DNA from: a virus
DNA: 64,000 nt
Virus record (IMG/VR): IMGVR_UViG_3300035670_000025
Reading direction: 5' to 3' (one strand)
The notes beneath the pieces are model-generated. The model was not told the DNA's origin, ran no database searches, and was given only the letters and a program-made list of their open reading frames with translations. A program made the translations under genes and the position numbers. Shown piece after piece: positions 9,516 to 17,658 of this stretch (positions within the stretch are counted from its first letter, which is position 1; each line of letters opens with the position of its first letter).

Positions 9516-10332
9516 TCTAAACAATGTGTTATTTTCTGCTGTTCTTAAAGATTTGAATAAAACATCAGAAATCAATGTTGATTTGTTTCGACATATTGCT
9601 CTCAACTCTATTCGTTCTTTGAATGCTAAATTCAAACACGAGTACGGTGAAATGGTCTTTGCTGTTGATTCCTTCAATTACTGGAGGAAACAACAGTTCC
9701 CATACTACAAAGCATCCAGGAAAAAAGCACGGGAGAAATCTGAACTAAATTGGACTAAGATCTTTGAATCTTTAGATGAATTGAAGAAAGATCTTCAAGA
9801 AGTGTTTCCATATAAATATGTTCGTGTTGATACTGCTGAAGCAGATGATATCATTGCTATAGCATGTAAAAATACAAAAGAACCTATTTTAATCGTTAGT
9901 ACAGATAAAGACTATTTACAATTGCAAACAAATCCACATGTCAAACAATATGATCCGGTGAAGATGATTATGTTAAAAACAGATGACCCAAAAGCATATC
10001 TGTTTGAACATATCGTTCGTGGAGACTCTAACGATGGTGTTCCAAACATTGCTTCTCCTGATAACTGTTTTGTCATTGGACAAAGACAAAGTAGAATCAC
10101 ATCTAAGATGTTAGAAACTTATTCTAATATCGAAAGTAATCCAGAACATTCTCTTTATAGGAATTATGTCAGAAATAAGATGCTTATTGATTTGACACAA
10201 ATTCCAGATCACATCGAACAACAAATTGTTTTTGAATTAAATAAAGAGAATACTAACGATAGAAGTAAATTGTTTGGATATTTTGTAAAAAATAGGATGA
10301 AGAATTTAATGGAACATATAAATGATTTTTGA
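9502..10332 (+). CDS. rnh: T4-type RNase H / 5'-3' exonuclease
   Basis: MIILD, YWRK..FPYYKASR, EADDII, STDKDYLQL, GDSNDGVPNI. Confidence 0.95.
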   Translation: MIILDLNNVLFSAVLKDLNKTSEINVDLFRHIALNSIRSLNAKFKHEYGEMVFAVDSFNYWRKQQFPYYKASRKKAREKSELNWTKIFESLDELKKDLQEVFPYKYVRVDTAEADDIIAIACKNTKEPILIVSTDKDYLQLQTNPHVKQYDPVKMIMLKTDDPKAYLFEHIVRGDSNDGVPNIASPDNCFVIGQRQSRITSKMLETYSNIESNPEHSLYRNYVRNKMLIDLTQIPDHIEQQIVFELNKENTNDRSKLFGYFVKNRMKNLMEHINDF

Positions 10333-10346
10333 TATAAGAGGAAACC

Positions 10347-10757
10347 ATGAGATTATCAATATCTGAGATTTTAGAGAAATCTCAGGATTTCAAGACAAGA
10401 AAAGAAAAGGTTGCTTGGTTACAACGCAATGATAGTCCTGCACTTAGAACAGTTATTAAGTATGCCTGGGATGATAACATCAAATTCTTGTTGCCAAAAG
10501 GACCAGCACCATATAAACCTATGCCTACCAATGAGGGACATGGGATGTTATATCATGAAGCAAGAAAACTCTATCTGTTTGTTGAAGGAGGTAATCCAAA
10601 TCTGAAACAACTTAGAAGAGAACAACTTTTCGTTCAATTATTGGAAAGCATTGATCCAAAAGATGCTGAACTAATAATTAATGTAAAAGATAAGAAACTA
10701 CCCTACAAAGGACTAGACAGAAACCTAATTAAGGAGGCATTTAAGGACTTACTATGA
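10347..10757 (+). CDS. conserved T4-like phage hypothetical protein
   Basis: LPKGPAPY, EARKLYLF, RREQLFVQLLE pattern typical of the gene after rnh. Confidence 0.75.
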   Translation: MRLSISEILEKSQDFKTRKEKVAWLQRNDSPALRTVIKYAWDDNIKFLLPKGPAPYKPMPTNEGHGMLYHEARKLYLFVEGGNPNLKQLRREQLFVQLLESIDPKDAELIINVKDKKLPYKGLDRNLIKEAFKDLL

Positions 10758-10918
10758 GCAAATCTCGTAATCAAAAATGGTATGACTATGAAGATGATGA
10801 TTATTCAGAAAAGAATCGTCGAAAGAAGGACATTGATCGTAGAAAGCAAAAGAGAATGAAGTCTGCTCTTAAAACAAAAGATGTTAGAGCATTATCAGAG
10901 CATTCGGACGATTATTGA
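10754..10918 (+). CDS. 54-aa charged protein (not in ORF track)
   Basis: ATGA overlap, AAGGA RBS, MSKSRNQKWYDYEDD... Confidence 0.65.
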   Translation: MSKSRNQKWYDYEDDDYSEKNRRKKDIDRRKQKRMKSALKTKDVRALSEHSDDY

Positions 10919-10919
10919 T

Positions 10920-11150
10920 ATGCCATCGTATAAGTTCTTAAATAAAGATACAAACGAAGAGATAGATGTGTTTATGTCTATCTCTGAAAGAGATAAGTAT
11001 TTACAGGAAAATCCTAATATGGAACAACTTGTAAATGGTGCTCCCAGTATAGGGTATTCTACACTTACCAAGAAACCTGATAGTGGATTCCGTGATGTTT
11101 TGAAAGAAGTGAAAAAGAAGCATCGGAGATCAACTATTAACACTTGGTAA
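10920..11150 (+). CDS. FmdB-like small protein (Cys-less variant)
   Basis: MPSYKF...KPDSGFRDVLKEVKK, upstream of phoH. Confidence 0.7.
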   Translation: MPSYKFLNKDTNEEIDVFMSISERDKYLQENPNMEQLVNGAPSIGYSTLTKKPDSGFRDVLKEVKKKHRRSTINTW

Positions 11151-11157
11151 AGGTTTA

Positions 11158-11877
11158 ATGCAAGATAAAAAACTAACTAAAAAAGAAAGAAGAATCCTTA
11201 GAGCACAAGGAATCACAGTCAACAATGTGATGAATCTAAGTGATATATCACCCAAAACAATGAATCAAAAAAAAGCATTTGATTCATTCCGAAAAAACAA
11301 AAATGTGATGTTTCATGGTACAGCAGGTACAGGAAAAACATTCGTTGGTTTATATCTTGCATTAAAAGAAGTTTTACATCATGAAGAACAAGATAAAGTA
11401 ATTATTGTACGTTCTGTTGTTCCATCCAGAGATATCGGATTCCTTCCTGGTTCTCAAAAAGAAAAAATTAAAGTTTATGAATCTCCATATCAATTAATTT
11501 GTACTGAATTATTCAATAGAGGAGATGCATACGATATTCTCAAACAGAAAAATCAAATCGAATTTATATCTACATCATTCATTCGTGGTATAACTATTAA
11601 AAATGCCGTAGTAATTATTGATGAAGTTCAAAATATGAATTGGGCAGAAATATCTACAGTGTTAACTCGTATCGGAGAAAATTGTAGAGTTATTATTTCA
11701 GGTGATACTAAACAATCAGACCTTTCTGAAAGAGATGGTAAAAGAGATTTATTAAAACTAATTAATGTTTGTAGAAATATGAATAGTTTTGAATTTATTC
11801 AAATGACCAGAAATGATATTTGTAGAAGTGGTTTCGTTAAAGATTTCATTATTGAATGTGAAACTTTAGGTTATTAA
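11158..11877 (+). CDS. phoH: PhoH-like ATPase
   Basis: GTAGTGKT, IGFLPG, FIRG, DEVQN, TRIGE, GDTKQSDL. Confidence 0.95.
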   Translation: MQDKKLTKKERRILRAQGITVNNVMNLSDISPKTMNQKKAFDSFRKNKNVMFHGTAGTGKTFVGLYLALKEVLHHEEQDKVIIVRSVVPSRDIGFLPGSQKEKIKVYESPYQLICTELFNRGDAYDILKQKNQIEFISTSFIRGITIKNAVVIIDEVQNMNWAEISTVLTRIGENCRVIISGDTKQSDLSERDGKRDLLKLINVCRNMNSFEFIQMTRNDICRSGFVKDFIIECETLGY

Positions 11878-11913
11878 CAGCATACCTGTTATGCATTTTT
11901 GTGGTGACAGGTA

Positions 11914-11942
11914 TTGACACCTAAATAGAATTGTGGTATAGT
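11914..11942 (+). promoter_or_regulatory. early promoter overlapping an upstream stem-loop
   Basis: TTGACA-N17-TATAGT; hairpin ATACCTGTTA/TGACAGGTAT at 11882-11914. Confidence 0.8.
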
Positions 11943-11969
11943 ACAGCATAATCGTAATAGGAGATGTAA

Positions 11970-12425
11970 ATGGAACTTACATATACGGGCAAACCTGTGC
12001 GAGTTTCATTAAAAGAGTATGACTATGCAACCAATTGGATTATGTCCAGATTGGTATCAAAGAAACTCATGAAGAATATCAGTGTTGAGCTTTCTTTGCG
12101 TAAAATAAAAGGTCTCAACGGACAAACTGAAGTTGCAGATGATCGTAAATATCCACGGGAATTCGTGGTTGTTGTAAATCCATATCTATCTCGCAAAAGC
12201 CAATTGTCTACATTGGCACATGAACTCGTGCATGTCAAACAATTCGCAACCGGCGAATTGAAAAGTGAATTAAGAGGTACACTACAGAAATGGAAAGATT
12301 CGTATGTAGACCATTCTGAAACTGAGTATTTCGATCTTCCGTGGGAGGTTGAAGCTTGGGGCAGAGAACATGGTTTGTATGTACGATATCTAAGACATCT
12401 GCATGAGGAAAATATATCATTCTAA
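11970..12425 (+). CDS. zincin-type metallopeptidase-like protein
   Basis: TLAHELVHVKQ and LPWEVEA. Confidence 0.8.
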   Translation: MELTYTGKPVRVSLKEYDYATNWIMSRLVSKKLMKNISVELSLRKIKGLNGQTEVADDRKYPREFVVVVNPYLSRKSQLSTLAHELVHVKQFATGELKSELRGTLQKWKDSYVDHSETEYFDLPWEVEAWGREHGLYVRYLRHLHEENISF

Positions 12426-12451
12426 ATCCCTGAGAAATCAGGGATTTTTTT
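12425..12451 (+). terminator. Rho-independent terminator
   Basis: AATCCCTGA-GAAA-TCAGGGATT followed by a T-run. Confidence 0.85.
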
Positions 12452-12455
12452 CTGA

Positions 12456-12484
12456 TTGACTTCCATCTTGAAGTTTGCTATAGT
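12456..12484 (+). promoter_or_regulatory. early promoter
   Basis: TTGACT-N17-TATAGT with extended TG. Confidence 0.8.
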
Positions 12485-12507
12485 AGGAAAATCAAAGGAG
12501 AAATCAC

Positions 12508-12789
12508 ATGATGAAATATGTGCTTGATCTTTATCCAGAAGACTTACCGGATAATTGTATCTCCGAATGTTCAGCATCAGGAGATGTTACTGAAGCAGTA
12601 AATTACTGGCAACAGCAACTCAATTTTGTTGTTGACAGGAACGATGCAATCGTATATCTTAAATCTACTGGTGGTTGGTCAGAAGATGAATTGAAAGATT
12701 TGTCTGATGATGAACTTGCGCAGAAGGTTCTTTGGATCGCATGTTGCGATTTCAAGGAAGGCAACGATATGTTTTATCTTGGAGCATAA
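12508..12789 (+). CDS. hypothetical early protein
   Basis: AAGGAG RBS after the promoter. Confidence 0.75.
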   Translation: MMKYVLDLYPEDLPDNCISECSASGDVTEAVNYWQQQLNFVVDRNDAIVYLKSTGGWSEDELKDLSDDELAQKVLWIACCDFKEGNDMFYLGA

Positions 12790-12790
12790 T

Positions 12791-13108
12791 ATGCCTCGTA
12801 AAACCATACAAGTGACTACCGTTGTAGAAATGGCAAATAACTATTTGCGAAACTCTCAGGATGATAACGATAAGGAACGATTGGTTCTTGCGTCTTTTGT
12901 AGAATCTATCCTACATAAGACAGACCAATATGGTGGATTTGCATATCTTACTCATGATGATATGCGCAATTCTAATGAGGGTAAGTCTATAGGTATTGAG
13001 TTTACTGAGGAACATGATCCGGTGTATCACGACCAATCTCGTAGACGATATTGGGTGAAGAATCACCGAGATCATCTTGGTAAGCAAGTTCTGATAACTG
13101 AGTATTAA
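12791..13108 (+). CDS. hypothetical early protein
   Basis: Start MPRKT after GGAG. Confidence 0.7.
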   Translation: MPRKTIQVTTVVEMANNYLRNSQDDNDKERLVLASFVESILHKTDQYGGFAYLTHDDMRNSNEGKSIGIEFTEEHDPVYHDQSRRRYWVKNHRDHLGKQVLITEY

Positions 13109-13198
13109 TGGGGAGTTGCATCTTCATCTTTTCCTAAGAGTCATGCACTGACTGCATATCTGGTCTACACGGCAACATAAGTTGCCCAAAAAAAGTGT

Positions 13199-13227
13199 TT
13201 GACTCTTATGAAAAGGTTTGGTATAGT
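13199..13227 (+). promoter_or_regulatory. early promoter preceded by a stem-loop
   Basis: TTGACT-N17-TATAGT; hairpin GGCAAC-ATAA-GTTGCC at 13171-13186. Confidence 0.8.
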
Positions 13228-13253
13228 TCTTGTATCAATAACGGAGAACTTAA

Positions 13254-13550
13254 ATGTCTGGAATTGAGATTCTTGCTTCGGATTCTCGTGGAGTATATGT
13301 TCCGCAATTCTTTGCGGAGTATTGTTCCGACAACTGGAACGGCATTCATCCTGATGATTTGCAAGTTCTGGTTGAAGGTCCGGAGAATGAATGGTATTGG
13401 GAAACTTGGGATTCTGTTCTTACAACTGCAAAGTATGTTGACAAGAATGGAAAGGAGTGGTACCTTTACCAGGATGGTGATTTGTTTGCCATCTGTGATG
13501 AACTAATGACGGATGAGGAACGAGAGAACTTCGGATTCTCTGATCATTAA
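13254..13550 (+). CDS. acidic hypothetical early protein
   Basis: GGAG RBS; lies downstream of the promoter. Confidence 0.75.
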   Translation: MSGIEILASDSRGVYVPQFFAEYCSDNWNGIHPDDLQVLVEGPENEWYWETWDSVLTTAKYVDKNGKEWYLYQDGDLFAICDELMTDEERENFGFSDH

Positions 13551-13558
13551 TTCATCAG

Positions 13559-13634
13559 TACTACCACATAGTTTAGTGATCTAAAACACTAAGTTGTACT
13601 TAGGAGCGTGGGTTTAAATCCCACTGTGGTAGTA
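13559..13634 (+). ncRNA. tRNA-like element or pseudo-tRNA with a shortened anticodon arm and no CCA
   Basis: Acceptor TACCACA/TGTGGTA (extends to 10 bp), D stem GTTT/AAAC, CTAAG-TTGTA-CTTAG, T arm GTGGG-TTTAAAT-CCCAC. Confidence 0.75.
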
Positions 13635-13646
13635 TCAAAAAAGTGC

Positions 13647-13675
13647 TTGACTTTTCTTAAAAGACCTGCTACTAT
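13647..13675 (+). promoter_or_regulatory. early promoter with no downstream ORF
   Basis: AAAAAAGTGC-TTGACT-N17-TACTAT with extended TG. Confidence 0.75.
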
Positions 13676-13692
13676 ACAGGACACTTGAGAAG

Positions 13693-13795
13693 GTCAAGCA
13701 CAACGTCCACATCGGCACCATTTGTTGTTATACAATTGATTGCCGTGAACAGAGTAAAATGCCTTTATTTTGCTGGTGTGGACTTTGTGCTTGAC
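13693..13795 (+). ncRNA. putative structured small RNA (long terminal stem)
   Basis: 25-nt inverted repeat 13693-13717/13771-13795 with two G-U pairs and one mismatch, right after a promoter. Confidence 0.5.
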
Positions 13796-13819
13796 ATCTT
13801 ATGTAACTTGATGTAAGGT
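13791..13819 (+). promoter_or_regulatory. probable early promoter for the DUF932 gene
   Basis: GTGC-TTGACA-N17-TAAGGT. Confidence 0.55.
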
Positions 13820-13846
13820 ACATTTATAAACGACGGGAGATAACCT

Positions 13847-14815
13847 ATGTCGCATGAAATCGAGACGATGGCCTATGCTCACTCGCAAGGGTCTAACCTT
13901 GAACAGTATCAGACTCCTTGGCATGGCCTTGGTGTTCCTGTTCATAACGATCTCACTCCTATGCAGATGCTAGGAAAGGCTGGACTTGATTGGACAGTTG
14001 ATCGGCATCCGCAGTTCATCCAGTTGGGTGAAGAGAAGATTTATACCGGTAAGGATGTGCTTGTTCGTTCTTCGGACAATCGTATTCTCACTCATATTTC
14101 TTCTGATTGGGAGCCTGTCCAGAACACTGAAGCATTTGAGTTCTTCACCGAATTCGTTGCTGAAGGTGATATGGAAATGAACACTGCTGGTTCACTCAAG
14201 CAGGGTAACATGGTTTGGGCCTTGGCGAAAGTTAAGGACTCATTCTCAATCCTTGGGGATGATCAAGTAGATTCATATCTACTCTTTTCTAATCCTCATG
14301 AGTATGGCAAGTGCGTCGATGTTCGATTCACTGCCATCCGTGTTGTGTGCAACAATACTCTGACTCTTGCCCTTGGGCAAAAGAAAGATATGGTTGTTCG
14401 TCTGAATCATCGTCGTAAGTTCGATGCTGATCTTGTGAAGCAGACGCTTGGCATTGCTAAGAACAACATGGGCTCCTATAAGGAGATGGCAGAGTTTCTT
14501 TCTCGGAAGAAATTCAGCGTAGATTCTCTAAAGGAGTACTATCAGACTGTGTTTCCTTCTACTTCAAAGAAGGACGATGCTGAAGATAAGTTGTCTCGTC
14601 CCGGACAGACTGCTTATGATGCACTCGATACACAGCCCGGTGCAGATTTCGGTCGGGGTACTTGGTGGCAGGCATACAATTCTGCTACCTTTGTTATTGA
14701 CCACGTTCTTGGTCAGTCGCAAGATACCCGATTGACTTCTGCTTGGTACGGTCCAAATCGTCAGAAGAAGATTCTGGCACTGGAAAAGGCAGTGGACTTT
14801 GCTGAGGCTGCCTAA
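13847..14815 (+). CDS. DUF932 / TIGR03299 phage-plasmid protein
   Basis: MSHEIETMAY, TPWHGLG, AGLDWTV, VQNTEAFEFF, TAGSL, IRVVCNNTL. Confidence 0.9.
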   Translation: MSHEIETMAYAHSQGSNLEQYQTPWHGLGVPVHNDLTPMQMLGKAGLDWTVDRHPQFIQLGEEKIYTGKDVLVRSSDNRILTHISSDWEPVQNTEAFEFFTEFVAEGDMEMNTAGSLKQGNMVWALAKVKDSFSILGDDQVDSYLLFSNPHEYGKCVDVRFTAIRVVCNNTLTLALGQKKDMVVRLNHRRKFDADLVKQTLGIAKNNMGSYKEMAEFLSRKKFSVDSLKEYYQTVFPSTSKKDDAEDKLSRPGQTAYDALDTQPGADFGRGTWWQAYNSATFVIDHVLGQSQDTRLTSAWYGPNRQKKILALEKAVDFAEAA

Positions 14816-14817
14816 TC

Positions 14818-14852
14818 AAGAAACCCCTGGGGAAACCTGGGGGTTTCTTTTT
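14818..14852 (+). terminator. Rho-independent terminator
   Basis: AAGAAACCCCTGGG-GAAA-CCTGGGGGTTTCTT followed by a T-run. Confidence 0.85.
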
Positions 14853-14862
14853 ATGTGCAACA

Positions 14863-14954
14863 ATCGACAACTTCAAAAGAGTGTTCTGTATATAAAGTCT
14901 GCCTTCACAGGACCAATGTAATATACAAAACACTCTTGGTTATCGACAACTTCA
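14863..14954. repeat. 13-bp direct repeats enclosing a 17-bp inverted repeat
   Basis: ATCGACAACTTCA at 14863 and 14942; inverted repeat 14877-14893/14921-14937 with one mismatch. Confidence 0.85.
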
Positions 14955-14980
14955 GATTCCGTAGTCTGAGCAAATCCTGC

Positions 14981-15009
14981 TTGACAACATCTATGATATA
15001 TGTTATATT
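14981..15009 (+). promoter_or_regulatory. early promoter
   Basis: TGC-TTGACA-N17-TATATT with extended TG. Confidence 0.75.
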
Positions 15010-15036
15010 ATAGTCATGCAAAAGAAAGGGAACGAA

Positions 15037-15198
15037 ATGACCAGACCTTGGGGCACATACACCCTTACTATTACCAAAGATGGTAATGTAGTAAAGACCG
15101 TGGAATATACAAAAATGAGTGGTCACGCTATGATGGATGCTGCGTTTTATTGGCGCAAACAATATCCTGAAAAAGATGGGTATAAGGTTGACTGGTAA
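15037..15198 (+). CDS. small hypothetical early protein
   Basis: AAAGGGA RBS before MTRPWG. Confidence 0.65.
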   Translation: MTRPWGTYTLTITKDGNVVKTVEYTKMSGHAMMDAAFYWRKQYPEKDGYKVDW

Positions 15199-15237
15199 AT
15201 ATTTTAACTCAAACAATTGAATACTGCGAGATGAATA

Positions 15238-15786
15238 ATGGCAAAATACTTAAACGATTCTTCGGTTTTAGAAATAATAAATTCTGTAGAAAAGATTATT
15301 GAAATAAGAAATGTGATATACAAAAACCATGAAATAGATATTTTAGAAACTGATACTATAAGTCTGACGAAATTTTTTGTAATAATACGGTCAATAGACC
15401 CTAATTACAATTGCAACTATAGTAGAAATGGTGAAGATGGAAAAACGATAGTTGATAACAAAGAAATCAAAATAGAGACCAAGACTTCTAAAATAAATAA
15501 AGGCAAAGCTTCTTTTGCTTTTCATGCAAAAGGTCTAATCAATCACGATCTTTATATATTCAATGTGTGGCATAAAGAAAATCTAACACCTTTACGCACA
15601 TATTATGTTAGAAACCCAACTAATGTTAAAAAATTGAATGATACACTTCAGAATTTATCGGAAGAATGGCAAAGAAAACCCGCCACAAAAGCTGGTTATG
15701 ATGTAATTAGAATTCATGAGAATCTTCTAGAAAGCATGATTGAAAAAACAGAAACTGTTAATGGATGTAAGGTTCACTATTTATGA
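15238..15786 (+). CDS. putative PD-(D/E)XK restriction-endonuclease-like protein
   Basis: GEDG...IETKTS (D...E-x-K); ATGA-coupled to a DNA methyltransferase. Confidence 0.5.
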   Translation: MAKYLNDSSVLEIINSVEKIIEIRNVIYKNHEIDILETDTISLTKFFVIIRSIDPNYNCNYSRNGEDGKTIVDNKEIKIETKTSKINKGKASFAFHAKGLINHDLYIFNVWHKENLTPLRTYYVRNPTNVKKLNDTLQNLSEEWQRKPATKAGYDVIRIHENLLESMIEKTETVNGCKVHYL

Positions 15787-16322
15787 GAAATAGAAAACAA
15801 AAAGAATATTTAGAATATTATCCAACACCATTTCCTGCTATTGAATTAGCTCGCCCTCTTCTCGATGTTAATAAAAAATGGTGGGAACCATGTGCTGGAG
15901 ATGGAAGGATACTAGAGTATTTTGACAATGTGATTTTAGGAACTGATATCAATCCAAAATCTCCAAAAGTATTACAAGGAGATTTTACTTTGATGTCTAA
16001 ACCAGATAACATTGATGGTGTTATTACAAATCCACCATTTACTTTAGGATACAGCCTTATAAAAAAATGTTTATATGAATGGAAAGTTCCTTGCTTGCTT
16101 TTGCTTAGAGTTGAATATATAGCAGCTAAAGCAAGACAAGATGTTGTTAAACATTTAGTTGAAATGCATATCGTTTCTGATTTGATAAAATTTGAAACTG
16201 AAACTGGTAGAATTGTTAATGGAAATGGCACGGGAAGATGTGCATGGATGTTATTTGACCCAAAACAATTACCAGAATATATTCGAATGAAATATGTTTT
16301 GTATAAATCTTTTCCTGCTTGA
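15783..16322 (+). CDS. amino-DNA methyltransferase (N6-adenine type)
   Basis: YYPTP, WEPCAGDG (motif I), ITNPPF (motif IV). Confidence 0.85.
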   Translation: MRNRKQKEYLEYYPTPFPAIELARPLLDVNKKWWEPCAGDGRILEYFDNVILGTDINPKSPKVLQGDFTLMSKPDNIDGVITNPPFTLGYSLIKKCLYEWKVPCLLLLRVEYIAAKARQDVVKHLVEMHIVSDLIKFETETGRIVNGNGTGRCAWMLFDPKQLPEYIRMKYVLYKSFPA

Positions 16323-16347
16323 CATCCATCCTACCCTGTGCTATAGT
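16319..16347 (+). promoter_or_regulatory. early promoter
   Basis: TGC-TTGACA-N17-TATAGT with extended TG. Confidence 0.8.
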
Positions 16348-16375
16348 ATGTTCATCGTTGAAAAGGAGATACGGG

Positions 16376-16549
16376 ATGACTTATCTTGTTACACTGATCA
16401 ACTTTGGCACTCCCATCTACCGTGGAAACGATATCGTTTCTGCGATTGAGAAAGCAGAGAAGTCTGGTTTTGAATGTTCTCTTGCTTATATCATGGATGG
16501 AATTGCAGAGCACTTTGAAACTTACTCCCCACTAAATGGATGGCATTAA
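16376..16549 (+). CDS. small hypothetical early protein
   Basis: AAGGAG RBS before MTYLVT. Confidence 0.65.
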   Translation: MTYLVTLINFGTPIYRGNDIVSAIEKAEKSGFECSLAYIMDGIAEHFETYSPLNGWH

Positions 16550-16585
16550 TTTGCCATCCTTTTTTTATATAAATAGGAAACTAAA

Positions 16586-16765
16586 ATGAATAACGTAACT
16601 ATTATGATTCAAGATGTAGGTGGCAATTGGATGCCAGTTCGCATTATTGAAAACTTAAACGATAGGTATGTAATTCAACAGATGAAATTGACACAATCCA
16701 GTTTTGCTGGTAAACGTGTCAAGGCAGTTGATAGTAAGGGAAACCTAATAGACCTATTGGGGTAA
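16586..16765 (+). CDS. 59-aa hypothetical protein (not in ORF track)
   Basis: TATAAATA at 16568-16575, AGGA RBS, MNNVTIMIQD... Confidence 0.65.
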   Translation: MNNVTIMIQDVGGNWMPVRIIENLNDRYVIQQMKLTQSSFAGKRVKAVDSKGNLIDLLG

Positions 16766-16769
16766 GCAA

Positions 16770-17033
16770 ATGTTCAAGGTAGTGCTAATCGAATCTGAGG
16801 ATTGTTTCACAGTCCATACACTTTTTCGTTCTCGTGTAGAACGAGATTGTTGGAACTTTATTAAATTCCGTCTAACATCACCTTCTAAAACAATTCGTGA
16901 TATAGGACGGGAACTTCATGTCCACAATTCTCTCAATGAGTTTTGTGAACAACCCGAAGAGATTCGTCTTTTGAAAAATGCAGCATATCTAACTCCTGCA
17001 CTTGACAACCGACGATTTTGTGGTATGATGTAA
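16770..17033 (+). CDS. hypothetical protein
   Basis: 87-aa ORF in operon. Confidence 0.6.
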   Translation: MFKVVLIESEDCFTVHTLFRSRVERDCWNFIKFRLTSPSKTIRDIGRELHVHNSLNEFCEQPEEIRLLKNAAYLTPALDNRRFCGMM

Positions 17034-17054
17034 TTGTCTTCAACGGAGGAATCA

Positions 17055-17189
17055 ATGATCACTATTACCGTATTTGATAATACCAAGACTCGGATTGTTG
17101 CACGAATCAATGGTGCAATGAAAGAGATTCAATCAACGATTGATAGTCTTCTTTCAAACAATCAAAAGTTCACAATCGAGGTTCGATAA
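17055..17189 (+). CDS. 44-aa hypothetical protein (not in ORF track)
   Basis: Promoter-like TTGACA-N16-TATGAT at 17002-17029; GGAGG RBS. Confidence 0.6.
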   Translation: MITITVFDNTKTRIVARINGAMKEIQSTIDSLLSNNQKFTIEVR

Positions 17190-17356
17190 TGTTTACCATT
17201 ATACCCATGAATGAGAACTTTGATTACACATATAGTGATTCTTTAGAAGACGCAAAGAAGGTAGCAGAAGGATATGATTGCACTTGTGCGATTAAATCTG
17301 AACGAAATGTCATTATATGTGTTTTTCTATATGATGAATGGGTAACATATCATTGA
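17189..17356 (+). CDS. 55-aa hypothetical protein (not in ORF track)
   Basis: TAATG coupling; ends just before a terminator. Confidence 0.6.
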   Translation: MFTIIPMNENFDYTYSDSLEDAKKVAEGYDCTCAIKSERNVIICVFLYDEWVTYH

Positions 17357-17365
17357 ACTAAATTG

Positions 17366-17391
17366 GGGGACTTCGGTCCCCTGATTCTTTT
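17366..17391. terminator. terminator between convergent genes
   Basis: GGGGAC-TTCG-GTCCCC with a UUCG tetraloop. Confidence 0.8.
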
Positions 17392-17633
17392 CAATTTAAT
17401 TTCTCATAGAAGTCTGTTATATTCATGTTTGATTTATCTGAATGTGAAATTAGTATCTGATTTATAACTGCCAAATTGTTTTCTTTCCAGAACTTCAGAA
17501 ACTTATGTACCCTCGGAATATCAGGAACAATGTCTTCTGTTTGCCAAACAAACTCGTTGACAAGCATCGGATAATCTGGAATATAATAGAATATGTCTAA
17601 TGTGACTAGACTTGTTTTTCTAAGTATCAGCAT
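17391..17633 (-). CDS. usg: Usg-like family protein
   Basis: IFYYIPDYPMLVNEFVWQTEDIVPDIPRVHKFLKFW matches the Usg pattern Y.MPD.P..L..(Y/F)VWQ..D..P..P....FL.FW; TATAAATA 5 nt upstream. Confidence 0.75.
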   Translation of the reverse strand: MLILRKTSLVTLDIFYYIPDYPMLVNEFVWQTEDIVPDIPRVHKFLKFWKENNLAVINQILISHSDKSNMNITDFYEKLN

Positions 17634-17658
17634 ACATCTATTTATATGAAAAAAGTGC

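Noticed and set aside
13195-13506. 103-aa alternative-frame ORF
   Set aside because: It starts inside the promoter; the 13254 frame has the RBS
13562-13632. Functional tRNA-Thr(TGT)
   Set aside because: Anticodon arm is 2 nt short, no D-loop GG, no TTC, no CCA; reported as tRNA-like instead
13693-13795. Retron msr-msd or self-cleaving ribozyme
   Set aside because: No adjacent reverse transcriptase and no hammerhead core (CUGANGA/GAAA) or other ribozyme consensus that I could identify
17557-17587. TTGACA...TATAAT on the + strand inside the usg-like gene
   Set aside because: The 19-nt spacer is too long for a confident sigma70 promoter
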